64,000 nt of DNA, from positions 416,001 through 480,000 of the forward strand of contig CAVZZO010000001.1 in assembly GCA_963779755.1 (NCBI GenBank). The letters run 5' to 3'. Within the stretch, counting starts at the first letter, position 1. The number at the start of each line of letters is the position of its first letter. The notes under the pieces were generated by a model. That model saw only the letters and a list, made by a program, of their open reading frames with translations, was not told the DNA's origin and did not search any database. Below, in pieces: positions 18,939 through 29,470 of the stretch. Made by a program: the position numbers and the translations under genes. This DNA comes from an uncultured Gemmatimonadales bacterium (GTDB lineage: Bacteria > Gemmatimonadota > Gemmatimonadetes > Gemmatimonadales > GWC2-71-9).

Positions 18939-20200
18939 GCGAGTCGCGGGGCGGGCTGAGCATGAACGCGACCTGGTCGATGGCCGTGGGCGGGATGGTT
19001 GGGGGCGGCATCTTCTCCACCCTCGGCGTGGTCACCGCGATCGCGGGGTCCTGGGCCTGGCTCAGCTTCGTCGCCGCGGGGCTGGTCGCGCTTGCCGCGG
19101 GATACAGTTATGTGCGTCTGGCGGTGCACTACGGCAAAGGCGGCGGCGCGTTCACCTTCCTTCGCGAGGTCAACGCCGACGGTTTCGCCGGCAGTCTTTC
19201 CTGGGTGCTCATCATCGGCTACGTGCTCACGAATTCGGTCTACGCCTCCACCTTCGGGCAGTATCTCGGGAACGTGGTCGGGCTGGGGCCGTGGTTTCCG
19301 CGTGTGGCCGCCGTTGCCATTCTCGCGGTCTTCGTGGGGGTGAACCTGCGGGGCGTCGGGGAGGCCGGCGGGGTCGAGGTCTTTCTGGTCTGGTTCAAGC
19401 TGGCAGTGCTGGTAGCACTCGCCGCCTGGGGAATCGCGCGCTGGAATCCGCCGATGCTCTCGCGCGGCGTTCCCGGCTCCGGCCTCGGCTCCGCCATCTT
19501 CGGGGCGGCCTCGGTCTTCATGGCTTATGAGGGGTTTCAGCTCCTGACCTACGATTATGACGACATCGAGAACCCCCGCCGCACGCTGCCCCGGGCCGTG
19601 CTCCTGGCCATTGTGGTGGTGATCCTCCTCTACGTTGCCGTGGCGGTGGGGGCCTCCATGCTCATCGGCGCCGACCAGGTGGTGCAGCACCAGGAGGTGG
19701 CGCTGGCCATCGCCGGCCATGCGGCCCTGGGGACGGCCGGGCTCGTCATCGTTACCGTCGCGGCGGCCTTCTCCACCGGTTCGGCGATCAATTCCACGCT
19801 GTTCGCCACGGCGCGGCTGGCTCACGAGGTGGCGCGGGACGGGGAGCTTCCCGCTGCGCTGGATCACCGGAACCGGGCGGGTATCCCCGACCGGGCGGTG
19901 ATCGGTCTGGGCCTGATGGCGGCGGGGCTCACCCTGGTCGCCACGCTGACGTCCCTGGTGGAAGCGGCCAGCCTCGCCTTCCTGTTCACCTTCGCTGCGG
20001 TCTGCTGGCTGGCGTTCCGCCAGCGGGCAGGCCGCCGCGCGCTGACCGGCGCCGGCGCGCTGGCCGGCGCCGCCGCGACGGTGGCGCTCATTGCCCGGCT
20101 GGTCCGGACCGACCCGCTGGCGCTGGCGGCTCTCGGCTTGCTGGTGCTGATCGCCGTGGCGGGCCGCCCACTGCTGCTCCGCCACGTTCGCACGGAGTGA
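18935..20200 (+). CDS. APC-family amino acid permease
   Basis: GGMVGGGIF TM1 motif, FMAYEGF TM6 motif, about 12 hydrophobic segments. Confidence 0.93.
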   Translation: MSESRGGLSMNATWSMAVGGMVGGGIFSTLGVVTAIAGSWAWLSFVAAGLVALAAGYSYVRLAVHYGKGGGAFTFLREVNADGFAGSLSWVLIIGYVLTNSVYASTFGQYLGNVVGLGPWFPRVAAVAILAVFVGVNLRGVGEAGGVEVFLVWFKLAVLVALAAWGIARWNPPMLSRGVPGSGLGSAIFGAASVFMAYEGFQLLTYDYDDIENPRRTLPRAVLLAIVVVILLYVAVAVGASMLIGADQVVQHQEVALAIAGHAALGTAGLVIVTVAAAFSTGSAINSTLFATARLAHEVARDGELPAALDHRNRAGIPDRAVIGLGLMAAGLTLVATLTSLVEAASLAFLFTFAAVCWLAFRQRAGRRALTGAGALAGAAATVALIARLVRTDPLALAALGLLVLIAVAGRPLLLRHVRTE

Positions 20201-20288
20201 GATGCGTGCCGCGCGGCCCCGGTGATCGCTGGATGGACCGGCCGATGGCCCCAGGCCTGACCGCTTTTCACGAACACCGGAGGACACC

Positions 20289-22301
20289 ATGGGCATGAAG
20301 ACCGCGCTCTTGTTCGGAGCCGTTGCCGCCGCGTCCTTGGCGCTGTTGCCTCAGGCAGCCTCGGCGCAGTCCGAGGCCGCGTTCACTGCCGAGCAGGCGC
20401 TGCGGGGCCGGCGGGTCTTCGGCGCCTACTGCGCCACCTGTCACGGTGTGGATCTTGAGGGGGCGGTCGGGCCGGCGCTGGCGGGCGCGAAGTTCCTGCA
20501 CGGCTGGACCGCCCGAGGGGCCCGCCAGCTCTACCGGGTCTTGCGAACCTCGATGCCCAAGCCGGCGGTGGGATCGCTCTCTCCGCAGGCGTACGAGGAC
20601 GTCTTCGCCTACCTGCTGTCCCGGAATGGGCTGGCGGCGGGCGCCGGGGCCTTTGACGGCAGCGATTCCATGCTGGCGCGAATCCCACTGGATGCACTCG
20701 CCACCGCGGCGGGCCCAGCACCGGAGGCGCCGCCCCGGTTCATTGCGGGGGAACGTATGCATCCCCAGGGGTCGGGCCCGGACCAGGCCCAACTCAGCAC
20801 CACCCCCGATCCGGCCGACTGGCTCTATCACACGGGTAACTATTCCGGGACCAGGTATTCAACGCTGGCGCAGATCACCACCGCCAATGTCGGCCGCCTG
20901 GCGCCGGTCTGCGCCTACCAGTTGGGGGTGCTGGAAACCTTCTACGCAGGCCCGATCGTATACCAAGGAACCATGTATATCACCTCGGCGACCGTGACTG
21001 CGGCCATCGACGCCGCCAGCTGCCGGGAACGGTGGCGCACGGTCTGGGAGCCGAAGGACAAGCTGCTCTGGGGCAACAACCGCGGCGTGGCGGTGAAGGA
21101 TGGCTATGTCGTGCGTGGCACTGCCGACGGTTACCTGATGGCGCTGGATGCCGCCGATGGAACACTCCTCTGGGCCCGGCAGGTGGCGCATCCCGATAGC
21201 GGGGAGACCATCACCATGGCCCCGCTCATCGTGGACAGCCTGGTGATCATCGGGCCGGCAGGGAGCGAGAACAACGTGCAGGGCTGGATCGGCGCCTTCC
21301 GGCTGGCCGACGGCTCGCCGGTCTGGCGATTCAACACCGTGCCCCGGCCGGGCGAGCCCGGCTACGAGACGTGGGGCAGGCAGGCAGGTACCCCCATGGG
21401 GGGAGGCGCGGTCTGGACCCCGCTCACGCTGGATATGCAGGAGGGACAGCTGTTCGTGGCGGTGACCAATCCCTCTCCCGATCTGCCGGCGCACCTGCGG
21501 CCGGGAAAGAACCTCTATACCAACAGCGTCATCGTGCTGGACTTGCATACCGGCAAGTTGCTCTGGTACGACCAGCTGGTCCCCAGCGACTACCACGATT
21601 GGGACGTGACCCAGGTGAGCCCGCTGATCCGCGCGAAGGTGGGCGGGGTGGAACGGGACCTGCTCATTACCGCCGGCAAGGATGGTCTGTTGCATGTGCT
21701 GGACCGGCGCACCCACGAGCGGCTCTATCAGACCGCCGTCACCACTCGCCGCGATGTGGATGTGCCGCTGGCTCCCGGCGGCACCGTCTCCTGCCCCGGC
21801 ATTCTCGGTGGGGTCGAGTGGAACGGCCCCGCCTACAACCCCGGGACCGGCCTGCTGTATGTGCCGGCCGTGGACTGGTGCTGGAAATTCACGCTTGCGC
21901 CCGATGACTCGGTCCGGCCCGCGGCGGGGGAGATGTACCTCGGCGGGACCGTTGAACCGTCGGGCGACCAGCAGGGCTGGCTCACCGCGGTCGACGCCTC
22001 CAACGGCGCCATCCGCTGGCGCTACCGCTCGCCCCTGGCGATGGTCGCCGCCGTCACCACCACGGCTGGGGGCCTGGTGTTCACCGGCGAGCGCACCGGC
22101 GACTTCCTGGCGTTCGATGCGGCGAGCGGAAAGGAGCTGTATCGTTTCAACACCGGCGCCGGCATCCATGGTGGCATCGCGACCTATGCCGTGAACGGGA
22201 AGCAATACGTTGCCACCACCTCGGGCGGCGGATCGCTCACCTTCGGTGGCGGTGGGGCGGCCACGGTCTTCGTCTTCGGCCTGCCGGGCAACCGGCAATA
22301 G
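20289..22301 (+). CDS. Exported cytochrome c - PQQ-dependent dehydrogenase fusion
   Basis: Signal peptide; CATCH heme motif near the N-terminus; PQQ propeller motifs (NRGVAV, GGGAVW, NLYTNS, TAGGLVFTG, YAVNGKQYV). Confidence 0.92.
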   Translation: MGMKTALLFGAVAAASLALLPQAASAQSEAAFTAEQALRGRRVFGAYCATCHGVDLEGAVGPALAGAKFLHGWTARGARQLYRVLRTSMPKPAVGSLSPQAYEDVFAYLLSRNGLAAGAGAFDGSDSMLARIPLDALATAAGPAPEAPPRFIAGERMHPQGSGPDQAQLSTTPDPADWLYHTGNYSGTRYSTLAQITTANVGRLAPVCAYQLGVLETFYAGPIVYQGTMYITSATVTAAIDAASCRERWRTVWEPKDKLLWGNNRGVAVKDGYVVRGTADGYLMALDAADGTLLWARQVAHPDSGETITMAPLIVDSLVIIGPAGSENNVQGWIGAFRLADGSPVWRFNTVPRPGEPGYETWGRQAGTPMGGGAVWTPLTLDMQEGQLFVAVTNPSPDLPAHLRPGKNLYTNSVIVLDLHTGKLLWYDQLVPSDYHDWDVTQVSPLIRAKVGGVERDLLITAGKDGLLHVLDRRTHERLYQTAVTTRRDVDVPLAPGGTVSCPGILGGVEWNGPAYNPGTGLLYVPAVDWCWKFTLAPDDSVRPAAGEMYLGGTVEPSGDQQGWLTAVDASNGAIRWRYRSPLAMVAAVTTTAGGLVFTGERTGDFLAFDAASGKELYRFNTGAGIHGGIATYAVNGKQYVATTSGGGSLTFGGGGAATVFVFGLPGNRQ

Positions 22302-22411
22302 GGAGACCATGATGCAATTCCCCAGCTTGCCCTGGCACTGCGTGTGCTCCACGGTCTCTGTCTCAGTCTCGTAGTGCCGGCCGGCTGCGCCTGAACACCT
22401 GGAGTCATCGG

Positions 22412-23854
22412 ATGTCTGCTCCTTCGAAGGCCGAACTGGTTGACCGCCTCGTGGCCCTGCCCACGCTGGAGCCGATCCCCCGGGAGGAATGGGAGTGGCT
22501 GGCGGAGCATGGGACGTTCGAGTCGCATCAGGCCGGCCGGGTCCTGCTGCCCCAGGGACAGCCCGCCGAGAAGCTGTGGATCATCCTGTCCGGTCACGTC
22601 GCGGTGGGGGTGGATCGCGGAGCCGGTCTGCGGCGGGTAACCGAATGGCGGACGGGGGAGGTCACCGGCAAGCTTCCCTATTCCCGGATGATCTCGGCGC
22701 CGGGAAATAACCGCCTGGAGTCAGCCTCCGAACTCCTCGCCTTCCACGAGCGGCAGTTCCAGGAGATGGCCCATCGGTGCCCCAGGTTCACCGCCTACTG
22801 CGTGCACCTCATGCTGGATCGGGCACGCAGCTTCAGCGCCAGCGAGCTGCAGGACGAAAAGATGACTTCGCTCGGCAAGCTGGCAGCGGGGCTGGCGCAT
22901 GAACTTAACAATCCGGCGTCCGCCACGGTGCGGGCGGCCAAGCAACTGCTTGCGGGGCTGGGAGATGTGGAAGGTGCCGCTCGGGCCCTGGGCGCCTCCG
23001 GCGCGACGGCCGAGACCATGGACGCCATCGAGCGGGTGCGCGAGGTCTGCCTGACGGTACCGGCCGGCACTGTGCTTTCACCACTGCAGCAGGCGGATCG
23101 CGAAGACGAGATCGCGGAGTGGCTGGCGCGCCATCGCATCGACGCCTCTCTGACGAATCCCCTGGCCGATACCGCCGCGACCCTCGATGTCCTCGACCGG
23201 TTGGCGGAGACCGTCCCGGAGAGCGTACTCGAAGCGGCCGTGCGCTGGATCGCGGCGGGATGTTCCACTCATTCGCTGGCGATGGAGATCGAGGACTCGG
23301 CCGCTCGCATCGCCGATCTTGTGGCTGCCGTCAAGCGATTCACCTACATGGACAGCCTGTCGGGGCCGGAGCCGATGGACGTGGTCCCCGGCCTGCGCGA
23401 TACCATCCGTGTCATGGCATCGAAGGCGAAGGGAAAGGGCGTTGCCGTCGCTCTGGAGGCCGAGCCGGACCTGCCACAGGTCCGGGCCACAGGGGACGAG
23501 CTGAACCAGGTGTGGATGAACCTGATCGATAATGCGCTCGACGCCGCGCCCAGGGAAGGCTCCGTGGCAGTGGACGTGCGCCGGGAGCTGGATCGCCTGG
23601 CCGTACGGATCACCGACGACGGACCGGGAATCCCCGAAGACCTCGTGCATCGCATCTTCGATCCGTTCTTTACCACCAAGCCACCCGGCCAGGGCACCGG
23701 CCTCGGTCTGGACATCACCCGCCGACTGTTGCACCGCTATCGGGGGGAGGTGACGGTCGAGTCACATGCCGGCGGGACCACGTTCTGTGTGCGCCTGCCG
23801 GTAGCGGAGTCGCCCCCCGGCGGCTCGCCCGGTCCAGATATCCCGACGATGTAG
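22412..23854 (+). CDS. Cytoplasmic cNMP-binding-domain histidine kinase
   Basis: N-terminal cNMP-like domain; AHELNNP H-box, [29 protein letters not shown]. Confidence 0.93.
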   Translation: MSAPSKAELVDRLVALPTLEPIPREEWEWLAEHGTFESHQAGRVLLPQGQPAEKLWIILSGHVAVGVDRGAGLRRVTEWRTGEVTGKLPYSRMISAPGNNRLESASELLAFHERQFQEMAHRCPRFTAYCVHLMLDRARSFSASELQDEKMTSLGKLAAGLAHELNNPASATVRAAKQLLAGLGDVEGAARALGASGATAETMDAIERVREVCLTVPAGTVLSPLQQADREDEIAEWLARHRIDASLTNPLADTAATLDVLDRLAETVPESVLEAAVRWIAAGCSTHSLAMEIEDSAARIADLVAAVKRFTYMDSLSGPEPMDVVPGLRDTIRVMASKAKGKGVAVALEAEPDLPQVRATGDELNQVWMNLIDNALDAAPREGSVAVDVRRELDRLAVRITDDGPGIPEDLVHRIFDPFFTTKPPGQGTGLGLDITRRLLHRYRGEVTVESHAGGTTFCVRLPVAESPPGGSPGPDIPTM

Positions 23855-23864
23855 GACGAGAATC

Positions 23865-25577
23865 ATGCGCAAGCCCATCATCCTGGCTCTGGACGACGAT
23901 GCGAACGTGCTCCGCTCCATCGAGCGTGACCTCCGCAGCGCCTACGGGGCCGACTACCGGATCCTACGGGCGGACTCTGGAAAGAGCGCGCTCGAGCTGC
24001 TGGATGCCCTCCACCGCCGGGGAGAGATACCGGCGCTCTTCCTGGTGGACCAGCGCATGCCGGGGATGACGGGGGTCGAGTTCCTGGAACGCGCGATCGA
24101 GCGCTACCCCGAGGCCCGCCGGGTGCTGCTCACGGCCTACGCCGATACTGAGGCGGCCATCGCCGCCATCAACCAGGTCCAGATCGACCACTACCTGCTC
24201 AAGCCGTGGGACCCGCCGGAGGAGAAGCTGTACCCGGTGTTGTCCGACCTGCTGGCCGACTGGAGGGCGGTGAATGAGCCGCCGTTCGACGGGATCCGGG
24301 TGGTGGGACACCAGTGGTCGCCCGAGTCCCACCGGATCAAGGACTTCCTGGCCCGCAACCACGTGCCCTATGCCTGGCTGGATGTCAGCGCCGGCGGTGA
24401 GGCCGAGGAGCTGCTGAAGTCGGCCGGATCTCCGGCGCCGCAGCTGCCGGTCCTGTTCTTCACCGATGGCAGCTCTCTCTCGAACCCCTCCAATCGCGAG
24501 ATCGCGGACCGGGTCGGCATCAGGACCATCGCCGAGCAGCCGCTTTACGATCTCATCGTGGTCGGCGCCGGGCCCGCCGGACTGGCGGCGGCGGTGTACG
24601 GCGCATCCGAGGGGCTGCGCACGCTCGTAGTCGAGGTGGAGGCGCCGGGCGGACAGGCGGGCATGAGCTCCCGTATCGAGAACTACCTTGGCTTCCCCAA
24701 CGGCGTCTCCGGTGGGGAACTGGCGCGGCGGGCGGTCATGCAGGCGCGCCGCTTCGGCGTGGAGATTCTCACCACGCGGCGAGCAGGCGGCCTGAGGGTG
24801 GAGGGGCCGACGCGAGTGATCACCCTCGAGGACGGTACGGCGTTGAACGCCCGGGCTGTCGTGATCGCGACGGGCGTGTCCTATCGCCAGCTCGAAGCGG
24901 AGGGCTGCCCGGCGCTGACCGGGGCCGGGATCTACTACGGCGCCGCGCTCAGCGAGGGTGAGTCGGTTCGCGGCCAGTCCGTCTATATCGTGGGCGGCGC
25001 CAACTCCGCGGGCCAGGCCGCGATCTATTTCGCCGGTCACGCGGCGTCGGTGACCATGCTGGTCCGGGGGCAGTCCCTCACCGCCAGCATGTCCCAGTAT
25101 CTCATCGACCAGATCGCGGCGACAGAGAACATCCGGGTCCGGACCGGCTGCCAGGTGGTGGAGACGATCGGGACGAAGCGTCTCGAGTGCCTGGTCCTGG
25201 CTCATGAAGACGGGACCCGCGAGACGGTCGAGGCACAGGCGCTCTTCATCTTCATCGGCGCCGTGCCGCGTACCGACTGGCTGGGCGACGCCGTCGCACG
25301 GGACCAGCGCGGGTTCATCCTCTCGGGGCTGGACGCCATCGCGCCGCAGCCGGAGCAGCCGGTCGCGGGCGCCGGCAGGCGGCGGTCGGGACGCCAGCGG
25401 GTGACTCTAGCCCGGGAATCACGTCCTCTGCGCCTCCCCGCGATGCTGGAGACCAGCGTCCCGGGCGTGTTCGTGGCGGGCGACGTTCGCGCCGGCTCCA
25501 TCAAGCGGGTAGCATCGGCGGTGGGCGAGGGGTCGATGGCGGTGATGTACGTGCACAAGTATCTGCAGCAGACCTGA
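23865..25577 (+). CDS. Response-regulator receiver - thioredoxin reductase-like FAD oxidoreductase fusion
   Basis: LDDD..DQRMP..LTAY..KPW receiver; GAGPAG, RIENYLGFP, GGANSA, ETSVPGVFVAGD. Confidence 0.93.
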   Translation: MRKPIILALDDDANVLRSIERDLRSAYGADYRILRADSGKSALELLDALHRRGEIPALFLVDQRMPGMTGVEFLERAIERYPEARRVLLTAYADTEAAIAAINQVQIDHYLLKPWDPPEEKLYPVLSDLLADWRAVNEPPFDGIRVVGHQWSPESHRIKDFLARNHVPYAWLDVSAGGEAEELLKSAGSPAPQLPVLFFTDGSSLSNPSNREIADRVGIRTIAEQPLYDLIVVGAGPAGLAAAVYGASEGLRTLVVEVEAPGGQAGMSSRIENYLGFPNGVSGGELARRAVMQARRFGVEILTTRRAGGLRVEGPTRVITLEDGTALNARAVVIATGVSYRQLEAEGCPALTGAGIYYGAALSEGESVRGQSVYIVGGANSAGQAAIYFAGHAASVTMLVRGQSLTASMSQYLIDQIAATENIRVRTGCQVVETIGTKRLECLVLAHEDGTRETVEAQALFIFIGAVPRTDWLGDAVARDQRGFILSGLDAIAPQPEQPVAGAGRRRSGRQRVTLARESRPLRLPAMLETSVPGVFVAGDVRAGSIKRVASAVGEGSMAVMYVHKYLQQT

Positions 25578-25619
25578 CGCGGCACCGCAACTGCAAACTC
25601 TGTTCAGCGGCGGTACCGA

Positions 25620-25705
25620 GGGGTCTGGGTGCCCAAGCAGCCCACCTGGTCGGCCGACGGTAGGCTCATCTACTTCCGGGCCTTCGAGGCAGATGGAAGG
25701 GCCGG
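25620..25705 (+). pseudogene. Single PD40 blade remnant of a kinase-receptor gene
   Basis: PKQPTWSADGRLIYFRAFEADGR resembles FPQWSADGRTIYYLSEDSGR in gene 13036. Confidence 0.55.
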
Positions 25706-25890
25706 TTCGACGACCCTTCCATGCCGGCCAACAAGGGCACCTGTGCAGGCCGCCAACGGGAGACGATGAAGCAGGGCGGACCCTGGAATGCAGGCGGCCC
25801 TGCAGCAGCCAGGTTATCCGGATCCCGCGGCCCGGGATTCGTAATGAGGCAGATGGGAGGCGGCAGGAATGCTGCCGCCTCCCGGACCCG

Positions 25891-26160
25891 CTACGCGTGG
25901 CTGGAGACGGTAGGACAGGTCAGCAGATTTCCGGTATCGATCTCGTACGGGTTGGCGCCACCCTGGTTGATGGGCACGAACACATTCCCCGCCTGCTCGG
26001 CTGCGTCGATCTCCGCCTCGCTGGTGAGCGGGGTAAAGGTGGGCGACGCAGCGTAGGTGGGATCATACATGAGCAGGATGATCTTCCAGGGCGCCTTGTA
26101 TTCTCCGGCGGTCCCGTGGTTGCCCATGCCGGGGGCGCCAGGGCGGGCTCGATAGCTGCA
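25891..26160 (-). pseudogene. Probable C-terminal remnant of a hypothetical protein
   Basis: Coding-like, GC3-rich stretch (YKAPWKIILLMYDP...LTSEAEIDAAE...YEIDTGNLLTCPTVS) without a convincing start. Confidence 0.4.
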
Positions 26161-26309
26161 ATCCGGAGGTGACCGTATGTCCAATGCCGGACAACCGTCC
26201 CGGCAGCCATCTCGTTCCGTTCTGGAACTTTTTCCGACCACGTCTCGTCTGACATGAGTGGAAGGCCCTGCCTTTCGACAGCCTATCACGCTCTCGCCGG
26301 AGTCCCTAC

Positions 26310-26516
26310 ATGCTCAAGCCGGTCCTTCAGGTTGCCGGAGGTGCCGCCGTCGCCGTCCTGCTCTGGAAGCTTGCCGCCGTTCTGCTGCTTCCGCTTCTGG
26401 GCATTGCGGCGGGTATCCTGGTGCTTCTGGTGAAGATCCTCCTTTTCGGATTGGCTCTTCTGGTGGTCTGGCTCATGTACCGCTGGGTCACCAGAGCCTC
26501 TCGTCCGGCCGTCTAA
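26310..26516 (+). CDS. 68-aa hydrophobic membrane protein (paralog of 12085-12291)
   Basis: 39/68 identical by manual ungapped alignment to the 12085 product. Confidence 0.85.
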   Translation: MLKPVLQVAGGAAVAVLLWKLAAVLLLPLLGIAAGILVLLVKILLFGLALLVVWLMYRWVTRASRPAV

Positions 26517-26770
26517 GCTGGACATTCCGCCCATCCCCCGGCGCTTCTGACCGTGCGCCGGGGCCTTTCCGGTCATGCCCTAGCGATTACCGGTCCCTTC
26601 CCCGTATCGTACACATTCTCCAGAACCAGATCACACCGTCCGGATACCGCCTCGCCGCGGCTTCCGGCATATCACGAGATCCGGCCAAGTCGGGGATTCG
26701 ACCTGACCGACTCTGACCGATCTCACGAGCTTTGACTTCGTGAGCGTGCAGGCCATCCCGAGGAGGCGGT

Positions 26771-29470
26771 GTGTCGGATGTGCTGACCAGGCTGCAATCC
26801 GCGCTGGCCGACCGTTACACCATCGAGCGTGAGCTCGGTGCCGGCGGCATGGCCACGGTGTACCTGGCGCGCGATCCCAAGCACGATCGTGATGTCGCCA
26901 TCAAGGTGCTGCGCCCCGAACTCTCGGCCGTGATCGGCGCCGAGCGATTCCTGCGCGAGATCAAGACCATTGCCAACCTGCAGCACCCGCACATCCTGGG
27001 GCTGATCGACTCGGGTGATGTCGACGGGACCGCCTACTACGTGATGCCGTTCGTGGAAGGCGAATCGCTGCGAGACCGCCTGACGCGTGAAAAGCAGCTA
27101 CCCATTCCCGAGGCCGTCCGCATCAGCACCGAGGTGGCCAGCGCTCTCGACTACGCCCACCGCCACGGGGTGATCCACCGCGACATCAAGCCCGAGAACA
27201 TCCTGCTCCATGACGGGCAGGCGCTGGTGGCGGATTTCGGCATCGCGCTCGCCGTGAGCCGTTCCGATGGCGGCACCCGCATGACCGAGACCGGCATGTC
27301 GCTGGGCACGCCGCACTACATGAGCCCCGAGCAGGCCATGGGCGAGCGCGACCTCGACGCCCGCACCGACGTCTACGCGCTGGGCTGCGTGCTCTACGAG
27401 ATGCTCACCGGCGACCCGCCGTTCGATGCCTCCTCCGCCCAGGCGATCGTCGCCAAGGTGATGACGGAAAAGCCGGCGCCGCCCTCGCGGGCCCGCGAGA
27501 CGGTTCCCGACGCGGTCGAGGATGCGGTACTCACCGCGCTGGCCAAGATCCCCGCCGACCGCTTCGCCACCGCCGCCGAGTTCGCGGGGGCGCTGGAGGG
27601 ACGCGGCACCGGGGCCCGACGCATCTCGGGAGCGCGGCGCGCCACGCACACCGACCGCCGGGCGCTGTATGCGCTGGCTGCCCTCGCCCTCATCCTGGCA
27701 GTGGTTGCGATCGTGGGCTGGAGCCGTGCGGCCGGTCGCACGACCGGCGGTGACGGCCCCCTGGCCTACCATATCCACCTCACCCCGAGCGAGTCCGATG
27801 CCGGCTTCGTCGCGAACCAGTTGGCCGTGAGCGCCGACGGCAGAGTCATCGTCTACAGCGACACGGTCGGTGGGACGCGACAACTGTGGGTCAAGGAGCG
27901 CGGCGTTGCCGACCCGCGTTCGATTCCCGGCACCGAGGGAGCGTCGGGGCCGACCCTCTCACCGGACGGGCGTGCGGTCGCTTACACCGCCGGCGACCAG
28001 CTGCGGCGCATCTCGATCAACGGTGGGGCCTCGGCGCTGCTCTCCGATTCGGCCGTGGTCCCCTCCGTCTCCACCAGCGGCGCGTGGCTGGACAACGGGA
28101 CCATCGTTTTTCTCGGCGGCTCGGCAGCCATCCTGTACGTGGTGGCCGATACCGGCGGGGTGACCCGGCGCCTGGCGACCGCGGACCAGTTGTTCGGCTG
28201 GCCGACATCCATCGCCGCCGTACCCGGTCACGATGCCGTCGTGGTCTCGTCCTGCGACATCGGCGGCTGCAGCACGCCGGTCATCTCCCTGGTGCGCCTC
28301 GATCCGGTCACCAGGAAGCAGATCCTCCCGGGCACCAGTGGCGCCTGGCCGGTGGGCGGCGGCCGCATTCTCAGCCTCCTGGCCGACGGCAGCCTCTTCC
28401 TGGCCAGCTTCGACCCGACCTCCGGCGCTATCGGAGAGGGCACGCCCGTCGCCACCGGGATCGCCGTGACCGGACGCGGCCCCGAAGTCGCCATTGGCCT
28501 CGACGGGGTGATGGTCGCGGGAATGGGCGGCGGAGAGACCTTCACCAACAAGAGTCATTTCGTGTTCGCAGGTCTCGACGGGACCACCCGGACCATCGAC
28601 TCCACCTGGTCGGGGACCTTCGCCAACAACAGCCGGCTGGACCTCTCCCCCGATGGACACCGGCTGCTCTTCTCCCAGATCGAGCCGGACGGCGTCCACT
28701 ACGGCCTCTACACCAAGCCGTATCCCGACGGACCGGCGACGCTGTTCAACTTGATGGGGACGCAGAGCTCGCGTGCGGTGTGGTCCCCCGATGGCCGGCG
28801 GATCGCCTGGGTTTCGGTGGACTCGAACAACCACGCCGCCGTCTGGGAGCAGGCGGCCGACGGCTCGGGACGCCCCACCCTGCTGGTGGACGACCCGCGC
28901 GGCGTGTATGAGATCAACTTCAGTCCCGACGGACGGTGGCTGCTATACCGAACCGACGACGTCGCCGCCGGCAACGGCGACATCTACGCCCGTCGTACCA
29001 GCGGCGACACGTCGTCGATCCCGATCGCCGCGAGCCCGGCGGAGGAAACCGGGGCGGCCGTCTCGCCCGACGGTCGCTGGGTGGCCTATGCCGAGAAGAT
29101 CGGCGCCGGCAAGGAGATCATCGTCCGGCCGTTCCCGGACGTGGCCGGCGGGCGGGTGCAGGTCTCGAACGGCGGCGGCCAGGAGCCGCTCTGGAGCCGG
29201 GACGGCCGAACGCTCTACTATCGCCAGGCCAGACAGGGACAGATCATCGCCGCCACCATGGACACCGACGGCAGCTTCCCCGCCAGCGGCCGCTCCGTCG
29301 TCTGGCAGGGAGAGGCGGACGAGTACTGGGAGAACGACGATACCCGGCAGTACACCCTGACGCCCGACGGCAAGGGATTCCTGCTGATGCGCCGTATCCG
29401 GACGGCGGCGGGTGCCAAGCCGATGCATCTGGTGCTCCGCGAGCACTTCGTCCCCACGGAGGATCGCTGA
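26771..29470 (+). CDS. Array kinase 1: Ser/Thr kinase - TM - propellers
   Basis: GAGGAGG SD, GTG start; full kinase motifs; TM; SPDG repeats. Confidence 0.95.
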   Translation: MSDVLTRLQSALADRYTIERELGAGGMATVYLARDPKHDRDVAIKVLRPELSAVIGAERFLREIKTIANLQHPHILGLIDSGDVDGTAYYVMPFVEGESLRDRLTREKQLPIPEAVRISTEVASALDYAHRHGVIHRDIKPENILLHDGQALVADFGIALAVSRSDGGTRMTETGMSLGTPHYMSPEQAMGERDLDARTDVYALGCVLYEMLTGDPPFDASSAQAIVAKVMTEKPAPPSRARETVPDAVEDAVLTALAKIPADRFATAAEFAGALEGRGTGARRISGARRATHTDRRALYALAALALILAVVAIVGWSRAAGRTTGGDGPLAYHIHLTPSESDAGFVANQLAVSADGRVIVYSDTVGGTRQLWVKERGVADPRSIPGTEGASGPTLSPDGRAVAYTAGDQLRRISINGGASALLSDSAVVPSVSTSGAWLDNGTIVFLGGSAAILYVVADTGGVTRRLATADQLFGWPTSIAAVPGHDAVVVSSCDIGGCSTPVISLVRLDPVTRKQILPGTSGAWPVGGGRILSLLADGSLFLASFDPTSGAIGEGTPVATGIAVTGRGPEVAIGLDGVMVAGMGGGETFTNKSHFVFAGLDGTTRTIDSTWSGTFANNSRLDLSPDGHRLLFSQIEPDGVHYGLYTKPYPDGPATLFNLMGTQSSRAVWSPDGRRIAWVSVDSNNHAAVWEQAADGSGRPTLLVDDPRGVYEINFSPDGRWLLYRTDDVAAGNGDIYARRTSGDTSSIPIAASPAEETGAAVSPDGRWVAYAEKIGAGKEIIVRPFPDVAGGRVQVSNGGGQEPLWSRDGRTLYYRQARQGQIIAATMDTDGSFPASGRSVVWQGEADEYWENDDTRQYTLTPDGKGFLLMRRIRTAAGAKPMHLVLREHFVPTEDR

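Noticed and set aside
25340..25440. Arg-rich stretch near the C-terminus of the receiver-TrxR fusion
   Set aside because: Probably a variable loop; no repeat or palindrome found to suggest an inserted element.
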